From Octopus sinensis (Eukaryota), in NCBI RefSeq assembly GCF_006345805.1, contig NC_042999.1:3410001-3474000 (forward strand): a stretch of DNA of 64,000 nt, in the 5' to 3' direction. A program made the position numbers and the translations under genes. The first letter of the stretch is position 1, and the number at the start of each line of letters is the position of its first letter. The notes under the pieces were generated by a model that ran no database searches, was not told the DNA's origin, and saw only the letters and a list, made by a program, of their open reading frames with translations. Shown here in pieces: positions 53,846 to 64,000 of the stretch.

Positions 53846-54589
53846 AAACCATCTGTGTAGCATACTAAATGGGATACACCATTTGAAGGCATGATGGTGT
53901 GGAATTATCCAAGATAAAATCTGAACAGAGATGTGATATCATGTGATCAACCAGCTGTTATACATCGTTAGTCACAATGGGCTTTGCATCATTTTAGCAT
54001 TTGAATGATGCCACCCCACTGGCTAGGTGTCCAGGCCAACATTTCCCCTGAGCAGAATGCCCATCCATTGCAGAGTTAACCCACTTAAAACCGAGTCAAC
54101 TGAAGAAGCATGAAATTATGTTCTTTGCTCAAAAACACAACTTGTGGCTGGTCTGAGAGTCAAAACAATGATTTCATGATCATAAACACCCTAATAACAA
54201 GGCCATGGGCCTTCACAGAAGGTATCATCAACATCATCATCATCATCATCATCAATTAATGTCACTTTTATCAGGCTGGCATAGGCGGGATGATGTGACA
54301 AGAACAAAAGAGTCAGAGGGTTCCACTAGATTCTATGTCAGCTTTGGCATACTTTCTACAGCTCGATACCAGTTCCTAATACCAACTGAAGTGTATATAT
54401 ATATATATATATATATGTAATAAAATAGAACATATGCATATATATAAACATATATGTACGTACCTACCTCTACATGTACATATACACGCATATATGTGTA
54501 CAGGACACCAAAAAGACGTCGAACACATAGAGAGACGAAACACATAGACACAAACCAAGGAACAAGACAAGCAAAATATATATATATAT

Positions 54590-54850
54590 AAGGTTAATCC
54601 AAACGGGAAAACAGAAAAAACAACAACACGTGGAACAATTACAGTATTATTATTATTAGGCGCTCAGGAAAAATGGAAGAAGGAGGGTATGACGTTTCGA
54701 GCGGAGCTCTTCGTCGGAAACATAAGAGAAGGAAGAAAGAAGAAAGAAAGATCCCGATGTGGGCGAAAGAGGGAAAAAAAACGCGACTGGTGTTTACGAA
54801 GTACACATGCTGAAAGACCGGAAGTTTTGGAAAACAAGGGCAAAGTAGGT
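54590..54850 (-). mobile_element. Family P2 Penelope-like fragment with a hammerhead-like motif (54687-54721)
   Basis: Reverse complement gttt-CCGACGA-a-gagc-tcc-gctc-GAAA-cg-TC-atac; ends at (TA)n. Confidence 0.62.
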
Positions 54851-55172
54851 TTTTAAAGCCAAAAGAGTGGAGACAGGAAAGTTGGTAACAAAAAATGATG
54901 TGTATGTATGTGTGAGTGTGTGCGTGTGTGTATGTGTGTGTGAGGCGAGATAAAAAAACAAAAAATATATGTATATGTTAGTGCGTGCGTCTGTATGTAA
55001 GTGTGTTTGGTAGGGCGAACAGTAGTTGACATAGCAAGTCTCAAGTGAGTGGTCAGTGGTAAAAAAAGGAGGAAGGAGGGAAGAAGGGAAGGAGGGAAAG
55101 GGTGGGGGCGTATGTAACGTGCCAGTATGTGTGTTGAGTGGTAGTGTGTGTATATATATATATATATATATA

Positions 55173-55371
55173 AATAAAGATAAATTAAATATAGAGATAT
55201 TCTGCTAACATTCAATAATTTATTTATTTTACAACTTTACATTAAATACTATGAATATAATATATAAAATGTCATGTTATATATTATATTCATAGTATTT
55301 AATGTAAAGTTGTAAAATAAATAAATTATTGAATGTCAGCAGAATATCTCTATATTTAATTTATCTTTATT
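55173..55371. repeat. Palindrome: 95-bp arms, one mismatch, 9-nt loop
   Basis: 55173-55267 versus 55277-55371. Confidence 0.95.
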
Positions 55372-55432
55372 ATTGTATTATACCAATATTTATATGGTAT
55401 CCAACTGACGTACCAGTTAATTGGATGTTTTC

Positions 55433-55465
55433 AAGGATTTCTTTGCCTCAGTTTGTTACTTCATG

Positions 55466-55509
<44 letters not shown>

Positions 55510-55542
55510 CATGAAGTAACAAACTGAGGCAAAGAAATCCTT
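55433..55542. repeat. Perfect 110-bp palindrome centred on (AT)17
   Basis: aaggatttctttgcctcagtttgttacttcatgtatgt-(at)17-acatacatgaagtaacaaactgaggcaaagaaatcctt. Confidence 0.95.
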
Positions 55543-55716
55543 CAAAGGGGTGTGTTAAACATCCAATTACAGGGAAGCCCCTAGTAATAAGAAGGGCATT
55601 TGGTTATAAAGGTTCAATAAAGAAATTCATTTCAGCTATTCTAACACGGAAAATTGAATACAAAAATAAATGAACAAACAAGTGGTGTTGTATATCTTTC
55701 TCTCTCTCACTCCCCC

Positions 55717-55774
<58 letters not shown>

Positions 55775-56390
55775 ATCTATCTCCATAAATAGTGAATACA
55801 AGCAGATATCAATAAGGCACTCAGTTTTAAATGAATCTGGCTTAGTATATCATACAATTGGACACTGAAGAGTGCAAGTAGAATGCACATCTGTGATAAT
55901 TCCTTTGTGTATGACAAGTAGATTGAAATACCACTTAGAAGAATTTTGAGGAATTCCGAGTATTAGACAAGAAAAATACAGATAGAGAAAATTACATTTA
56001 ATTGTAGAATTCACCCTGCAAAGCCAAAAAATGTTTCTCCTGGATTTCCAGTCCCCAGTCAAAGCACTAAACCCATGCCAGCATGGAAAACGGATATTAA
56101 ACAATGATGATGATGATGATGATATTCACTAAGATTTATAGAATTACCTTTCGTTCTATACTTGAATGAATGAGAATGATTATGAAATCTAGATTTCCAA
56201 ATTATAGCAGATGAACCTATGTAATAATACTTGCAATCACTTCTCATTACCTTACTTTGATAGACTATATTTTCTCAAGGAAAGACAATTTTGTTTTTAC
56301 AATTACACAGGCATTTATTCACTTGGTATTTGGTACTCATGTTTAACCCGGTAAGTCCCACTGTCCTATAAATAGGACACTAAATGAGAA

Positions 56391-56420
<30 letters not shown>

Positions 56421-56421
<1 letters not shown>

Positions 56422-56757
56422 GAGTGAGAGAGCAGTACATGCCATCAAAATGACACTAGGGTAAAATATACGAAGCCCAGTATACCCATCATGACTACCC
56501 GTCTGATAAGGGTACACCAGGCACATGCATCACAACCATATGTGCGCGACATGGTGATCTCATATCAAGATAAACAGTACATGACCTTGCAGATGGGGCC
56601 CAGTTAGAATTGTCTTCTTGTCGAGTAGCCCATCCCACTCAAAAGGTCCCTGAATAAGGATTGTTTAAGGATGTTGAACGAACCACCCATGTTTCCAAGG
56701 GTGAATTATCCAAACCTCCAAGAATTCCTCAACACATGGCTATGATGCTCCCCCACT
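56421..56757 (-). mobile_element. Family T truncated copy within (ATT)n
   Basis: Homologous to ~39658-39996. Confidence 0.7.
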
Positions 56758-57329
56758 TATTATTATTATTATTATTATTATTATTGTTGTTGTTGTTGTT
56801 ATTGTTAGTATTAATATCAAAACTAGGTGTTAACTGTATTATCAGGGTCAGAAATCTAGTTCAGGAAAACTACTATCATTAAAGTTATTTTCGCAATAAA
56901 ACAGTATCAATTCTACTCTGGTTTATAAATTTTGAGTTGAGACGTGTGTGTAGTCAAACTGAGGCTACAGTAGAAAACATTTACTTTAAGATGGATTGAA
57001 CCAAAGACCACAAGGTTTTGCAAAGTAAACTTGTGTGTGTATGTGTGAGCATGCGGGCATGCATGCGTGTGTGTTTTGTGTGCAGGCATATGTATTTCCT
57101 ACTCTAAGCTAATCAATTCTCAGCCCATTTTGTGAGTTTCATGATTCAAAATACCCAATGACAGATAATCAACTCCATTTGGATTGGCAATGTGTAACTT
57201 GAGACGATAATAAAATGGGGATGTATAAGGGATTCAAATCATCTCCAGGAGCCTTATCAGATTAGCAGAGAAGAAAATATTCCTATAATTTATACCAAAT
57301 TACATTTAATTTATCTTTAATGTTAGTTA

Positions 57330-57910
57330 ATAGATAAACACATGGCTTTAGGTAAACATTTCTTTAAATACATTGTAGACCTTTTGGTTAAATAAATTCT
57401 AAATAGAGCTTAATCTGTTGGTTAATAAATCTTTGTTTTTGACTAAATAAATCTTTAACCAATTGATAAAATATTTAAATATTTCAACTGTAGGTTAATT
57501 ATTTTTTGAGAATGAATTGTTAAACTTTTGCCTAGATATATCTTCAAGTACGTTAACCATTTAGTTAAGTATATTTTTCAATATATCTTTTAATCTTTTA
57601 GCTAGATAAACCATATTTGCTAGTTAAATAAATCTTTAAATACATCTTTAAATAATTCTTTAACATTTTAGTGAAATAAATATTTATTTAACTAGAAGTT
57701 TAAATAAATATCTAAACAGATCGTTAATCTTTTAGTTAAGTGTGTCTCAAAATACATCATAAATCTTTTAGTTAAATAAATCATTAAATGCATCTTTAAC
57801 CTTTTGCTTAGATAAATCGTTAATCTGCTGGGTCACTAAAATATTGAAATAAATCTAAGTAAATTTTTAATCTCTTTGTTAAATAAATATTCTAACTTTT
57901 TGGTCAAGTG
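57330..57910. repeat. Highly degenerate AT-rich tandem repeat
   Basis: Recurrent tttagttaaataaatc / aaatacatctttaa motifs; resumes after 58657. Confidence 0.55.
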
Positions 57911-57919
57911 TGTCATTAA

Positions 57920-58653
57920 CCCTTTCGATACTGTATTTATTTTGAGATGCTCCGTGTTTCTTTCAATTACTTTAAATATAACAAAGAATTTAGTAAAATA
58001 ATTTAGTTATCATTCAACTAATGTTAGAACATAAATTGTGACTAAGGTTTGGCGGAAGATTCCAATTCAAAACTTATGAAAACAAAACATTAGTACTACA
58101 GAGCCAGAGGTGGTTTCAGCCGGGTTAGTATCAAAAGAGTTTAAAATATCATGGTAACTTTAACCCTTTTGCTACCATATTTCTGCCGAGATGCTCTGTG
58201 TTTCTTTCAATTAATCTTAAATTTAAATTTAAAAAATTAATCTTAAATCAAAGAATTTAGTAAAACAACTTAGTTATCATTCAGCTAGTGTTAGGAACAT
58301 AAATTGTTACTTAGGTTTGGTGGAAGATTTTAATTCAAAACTTATGAAAACAAGACATTTATACAACAAAGCCAGGGCCGGTTTCAGCCAGGTTGGTAAT
58401 AAAAGGGTTAAAAATATCATGGTGACTTTAACCCTTTTGTTACCATATTTCTGTTGAGATACTGTGTGTTTCTTTCAATTAATTTTAAATATAACAAAGA
58501 ATTTAGTAAAATAACTTAGTTATCATTCAGCTAGTATTAGGAACATAAATTGTGACTAAGGTTTGGTGGAAGATTTTAATTCAAAACTTATGAAAACAAG
58601 TCATTTGTACTGCAAAACCAGAGCCAGCTTCAACTGGATTGGCAACAAAAGGG
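57920..58653. mobile_element. Three tandem piggyBac-type MITEs
   Basis: Units 57920-58139, 58164-58407 and 58432-58653, each bounded by TTAA; reverse complements of 23492-23711. Confidence 0.88.
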
Positions 58654-59008
58654 TTAATCTTTTAGCTAAACAAATTTTGAAATACATCTTTGTTTGATTA
58701 GATCAATTATACTCAATCATTTGTTGCAAAAATACAATACGTTTATCTTAAATATAAGATAGTTTTACTTACAAAGATGCTATTATACATGAAATCATAA
58801 TTGAAGTTGTTGCTAATATTGTTTAGTATTTAATCCTCGGTCAGCACTGCCTGAACAGAGAGACTTGGCATTCAAATGGAGGACATCCAATTTTTTTGTA
58901 AGTTTTAAAACATGCAGTACCTTATATACAGTTGAACTAAGAGAACTGCTTCCATACTTTACAATATTATGAAATATAATTTAAAAAGAACACTAGCAAA
59001 CATATATA

Positions 59009-59372
59009 GGCGCAGGAGTGGCTGTGTGGTATGTAGCTTCCTTACCAAGCAGATGGCTCCAGGTTCAGTCCCACTGTGTGGCACCTCGGGCAAGTGTCTT
59101 CTCCTATAGCCTTGGGCCAACCAAAGCCGTGTGAGTGGATTTGGTAGACGGAAACAGAAAGAAGCCCATTGTGTGTGTGTGTTTGTCCCCCCCCCAACAT
59201 TGCATGACAGCCAATGTTGGTGTGTTTACATCCCCATAACTTGGTTCAGCAAAAGAGACCGATAGAATAAGTTCTAGGCTTACAAAGATTAAGTCATGGG
59301 GGTCGATTTGTTCAACTAAAGGTGGTGCTCCAGCATGGCCACAGTCAAATGACTGAAACAAGTAAAAGAGTG
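59009..59372 (+). mobile_element. Full-length SINE family A
   Basis: Consensus match. Confidence 0.88.
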
Positions 59373-59447
59373 AAAGAATAACTGAATACAAACAAATAAA
59401 AATTAATTAACACACACATGCACATACTCTTATTAAAATTGATGATT

Positions 59448-59960
59448 CTTTTCTACTCTATGCACAAGGCATGAAATTTTTTTTTTGGGGGGGGGGGCTA
59501 GTCGATTAGATTGGCCCCAGTATGCAACTGGTACTTAATTTATCGACCTCGAAAGGATGAAAGGCAAAGTTGACTTCAGCAGAATGTAAACTCAGAATGT
59601 AATGGCATGGGTTGGATGGTTTGACGAAATACCTACTTCTTTACTACCACAAGGGGCTAAACACAGAGGGGACAAACAAGGACAGACAAATGGATTAAAG
59701 CGATTACATCAACCCCAGTACATAACTGGTACTTAATTTAGTGACCCTGAAAGGATGAAAGGCAAAGTCGACCTTGGCGGAATTTGAACTCAAAACATAA
59801 CGGCAGACAAAATACCTATTTCTTTATTACCCACAAGGGGCTAAACATAGAGGGGACAAACAAGGACAGACATAGGTATTAAGTCGATTACATTGCCCTC
59901 GGTGGAATTTGAACTCAGAACATAATGGCAGACAAAATACCGCTAAGCATTTCACCTGAC
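59448..59960 (-). mobile_element. Multimeric SINE family B
   Basis: Three partial units. Confidence 0.78.
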
Positions 59961-60391
59961 ACACCACCTTTATTAAAATGGATGATTGAAAATGTAATGT
60001 TTCTGCGTACATATGTATGTATATATATATTTGCATGAAAATATACATGCATGTGCATATATAGCTAATGTATTTATACATGTGCAGAAATATGATTGTG
60101 CAACTATACACCTCCATTCTTTGCTTGATGCTTTATTTCTGTTATTATGTTTTGAAATCATTATGGAATTAAAGAATTTATCTAAATAGATGAAAGATTA
60201 AGCAATCACATCTACACACGTGAGTGTGTGTGTGTGTGCATATATGTATGTACACATACATGCATACATTCAAATATACATGTGCATCTGTGAATATATA
60301 TATAAACACACACACACATATATATATATACATACACATACACAAACACACACACATATATATATACATACACACACACAAACACACACAC

Positions 60392-60435
<44 letters not shown>

Positions 60436-60438
<3 letters not shown>

Positions 60439-60793
60439 GTGAAATAGAAAGATGAATAATCTTGTAGTAGATTAATCAAAAGTTTAACCGATACCTTAGT
60501 AGCAAAAATCACAGCAGTAAACAGCACGGTTGGAGGTACAACCATCTGGCGTTGCAACCGTGCGTTGGTGCGGATAATTGAAATTAAAACATTATTGGTG
60601 AATTGAAGAAATGGAGCTGAACGCAGATTGAACAGAAATCGTTTTATTTCATTCTACACGTGTTTCGAAAGGCACAAATTACCAAAATCCGATTGAATAA
60701 TGGGACCATATTGTGTCTTTCTCTTCAGGAAGAAAAAAAGGAAATCCGCTGGAAAAACAAAAAAACAGACAGAGGTGGAGCAAAAGCAAATCG

Positions 60794-60796
<3 letters not shown>
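60436..60796 (-). mobile_element. ~360-bp non-coding hammerhead-bearing element embedded in (TA)n
   Basis: (TA)n on both sides; canonical hammerhead core; 9-bp GC-rich hairpin; identical segments at 53.2 kb. Confidence 0.72.
60648..60734 (-). ncRNA. Type-I hammerhead ribozyme with a canonical core
   Basis: Minus strand: ttcttc-CTGAAGA-gaaagacacaa...ttgtgcctttc-GAAA-cacgtg-TA-gaatgaa; stem II 10/11 bp; palindromic stem III; GUA cleavage triplet. Confidence 0.8.
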
Positions 60797-60846
<50 letters not shown>

Positions 60847-60854
60847 TATCAATA

Positions 60855-61276
60855 TCTGGGGCCACCTGCTGTGCTTGAGGAGACCTATTGAATCAAATAC
60901 ATCAACATCAGATTCAAAATCAAAATAAAAATCAAATGGAAATTGTAGTTGTGATACCCGTGCCGGTGGCACATTAAAAGCACTGAGTGAACGTGGCCGA
61001 TGCCAGCACCCCCTTGACTGGCGTCCGTGCCGGTGGTACATAAAAAGAACCGACTGATCGTGTTCATTGCCAACCTCCTCTGGCCCCTTTGCCGTTGGCA
61101 CATAAAAAGCATCTACTACACTCATGGAGTGGTTGGCGTTAGGAAGGGCATCCAGCTGTAGAAACACTGCCAGATCAGACTGGAGCCTGGTGCAGCCATC
61201 TGGTTTGCCAGTCCTCAGTCAAATTGTCCAACCCATGCTAGCATGGAAAACGGACATTAAATGATGATGATGATGA
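60855..61276 (+). mobile_element. Family R copy
   Basis: Consensus match with (GAT)n tail. Confidence 0.82.
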
Positions 61277-61305
61277 TACACATATATATATATATATATA
61301 CATAT

Positions 61306-61470
61306 AGGCACAGGAGTGGCTGTGTGGTAAGAAGCTTACTTCTCAACCACATGGTTCCAAGTTCAGTCCCACTGCATGGCATCTTGGGCAAGTGTCTTTT
61401 CTTATAGCCTCAAGCCAGCCAAAGCATTGTGAGTGGATTTGGTAGACGGAAACTGAAACAAGCCCTGTAT
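61306..61470 (+). mobile_element. SINE family A, 5' half
   Basis: Consensus head. Confidence 0.82.
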
Positions 61471-61602
61471 ATGTTTGTGTGTGTGTCAGTCACTATAGTC
61501 TCAGATTACTCCTAAACCTTCAGAATGAATGAACTTGGGTCGATAGCAACTGCATTTAAAGCCATCAAAAGAACCGTACCTGTAATCCATAGCACCACCA
61601 AT

Positions 61603-61990
61603 CATCATCATCATCGTTTAATGTCCGTTTTCTGTGCTAGCATGGGTTGGATGGTTCGACCAGGGTCTGGGAAGTCAGGAGGCTGCACCAGGCTCCAGTC
61701 TGATCTGGCAGTGTTTCTACGGCTGGATGCCCTTCCTAACGCCAACCACTCCAAGAGTGTAGTGGGTGCTTTTTACGTGCCACCAACAGAGGTGCCAGAG
61801 GAGGCTTGCAATGGACATGATTGGCCAGTGCTTTTTTGCCACCGGCACAGAAGCCAGTCAAGGCGGCGCTGGCATTGGCCACGTTTGGATGGTGCTTTTT
61901 ACATGCCACCGGTACAGGGATCACACCTACAATATCCATTTGAGTTTTATTTTGATGCCGATGTACTTGACGCAATAGGTCTCCAATGCT
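61603..61990 (-). mobile_element. Family R copy
   Basis: Consensus match. Confidence 0.82.
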
Positions 61991-62467
61991 GCATATATTA
62001 TCAGTCACTGTCCTGCCTAAAACTTATGCCAAGGATATGTCTGAGGAGCACTCAGCCACCTAACATGCTAATTCTGTGAGCAGGTGGCTCAGTCCATTAG
62101 AAAACAGATTATCATTCACTGATGGAACTGAATTATTGTGATAAATATTAATGTTTGTGTGTGTGTGTGTGTGTATCAGCATACACACCTACACACATAT
62201 ATGGACATATGAATGTATATGTATAGATATATACACACACATATATACACATAAATGTGTGGTGTGTATGTACATGGATAGAGAAATAGATGTATAGAAA
62301 TATATACATGCACACACACATATATACACATATGTATATATAGACATAAACATACTATATATACATGTGCATACACCTGGATATGTTTGCATATCTAAAT
62401 GCATGTGTGTTTAAATGTACACACAATCACACACACACCGTCACACACACACCCTCACACACACACA

Positions 62468-62505
<38 letters not shown>

Positions 62506-62644
62506 ACATGCACATACATTTAGATTTGTTTAATTGCACATTGATATATGTGTTTTTATATGCATAACTATATGTTGCAAGTGTGTTTTTATATATGTAT
62601 AGTTACATGTGTTTATATAATATATATATACACATATATGTGTG

Positions 62645-62840
62645 TGTATATATATATAAACATTACATATATATAAACTTTACATATATATAAACATTAT
62701 ATATGTATGTATATATATATATATAAACATTACATATATATAAACATATATGTGTGTGTATATATATATAAACATTACATATATATAAACATATAAACAT
62801 TACATATATATAAACTTTACATATATATAAACATTATATA
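62645..62840. repeat. ~18-bp minisatellite (AAACATTACATATATATA)n within a TA-rich tract
   Basis: About nine units visible. Confidence 0.85.
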
Positions 62841-62868
62841 TGTATGTATGTATATAAACATACTACAC

Positions 62869-62914
<46 letters not shown>

Positions 62915-62984
62915 GTATACATATATATGTATATATATATATGTATATATATATGTATATAAAATAGATGAACATAAATAGATG

Positions 62985-63545
62985 AACATAAATGGAATTT
63001 GTATCCTTGTGGTACCAGTGCCGGTGGCACACAAGAAAATCATCCGAACGTGGCCGTAGCCAGTACCGCATAGACTGGCCTCCGTGCTTTGGGGACGTAA
63101 CAAACACCATCCGATCGTGGCCGTCCGCCAGCCTCATCTGGCACCTGTGTCGGTGGCACATAAAAACACCATCCGAGCGTGGCCGTCTGCCAGCCTCGTC
63201 TGGCACCTGCCAGCCTCATCTGGCACCTGTGTCGGTGGCACATAAAAACACCATCCGAGCGTGGCCGTCTGCCAGCCTCGTCTGGCACCTGTGTCGGTGG
63301 CACATAAAAACACCATCCGAGCGTGGCCGTTCGCCAGCCTCGTCTGGCACCTGTGTCGGTGGCACATAAAATCACCCACTACACTCTCGGAGTGGTTGGC
63401 GTTAGGAAGGGCATCCAGCTGTAGAAACACTGCCAGATCTGACTGGCCTGGTGCAGCCTTCGGGCTCCCCAGACCCCAGTTGAACCGTCCAACCCATGCT
63501 AGCATGGAGAACGGACGCTAAATGATGATGATGATGATGATGATG
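62985..63545 (+). mobile_element. Family R copy with a homogeneous 62-bp tandem array
   Basis: Units start at 63107, 63169, 63251 (after a 20-bp duplication) and 63313; (GAT)n tail. Confidence 0.88.
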
Positions 63546-63582
63546 ATATATATGTATATATATATGTATATATATATGTATG

Positions 63583-63647
<65 letters not shown>

Positions 63648-64000
63648 TGTGTAAATCAAAAAATCATGGAGTTGTTATCATGAAAGAAGCTAAATCTGGA
63701 AAAAAAAAAATTAAATACAAAATGAGCAACAACAACAACAACAGCAACAACAACATCAATACCATCTTTGATGAAAAGATGAAAGAACAATAGATATAAG
63801 TATTTAGCCAACAGATTTCTTTTCCAACACCTGTTTGTTATGCCAATCGCATATCTGAGAATTAAGTGCATTATCAAAGCATTGTTTACTCGCTCAGATT
63901 ATGTGATGGTTTTGTTGTAAGTAGCATGTCAAGTTAAGTACACCGAGTTTCTATACTTAACAATCATCATCATCATCATCACATCATGATCGTCCGAGTT

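Noticed and set aside
61525-62079. 184-aa ORF and recurrent LDALPNANHS or LPNPLTR peptides
   Set aside because: Translations of repeat families R and A, in inconsistent frames between copies

Overview
AT-rich, repeat-saturated eukaryotic DNA with no credible intact protein-coding gene. It is most likely intronic or intergenic, and the SINE/LINE families resemble those of coleoid cephalopods (Octopus; inferred, not verified). Almost all ORFs in the supplied track come from microsatellites or SINEs. The window holds: dozens of tRNA-derived SINEs from 3-4 families; (GAT)n-tailed RTE-type 3' ends with an internal ~62-bp tandem module; LINE relics (young RTE/BovB-like, RTE with a C2H2 finger, R4/Dong-like, CR1/L2-like); DNA transposons (DD37D Tc1/mariner relic, a fold-back mariner, pogo-, hAT- and piggyBac-type MITEs, Helitrons); a TSD-flanked U2 snRNA retrocopy; and two long near-perfect palindromes. 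The most notable signal is about ten minimal type-I hammerhead-ribozyme motifs from several distinct families, carried by short non-coding elements that mostly end at (TA)n tracts. One (60648-60734, minus) has a fully canonical core and a sequence-identical, internally inverted sibling at 53.2 kb. Together these suggest a recently active, microsatellite-targeting Penelope-like/retrozyme-like system. All calls were made by eye; boundaries are approximate unless TSDs or TIRs are quoted.
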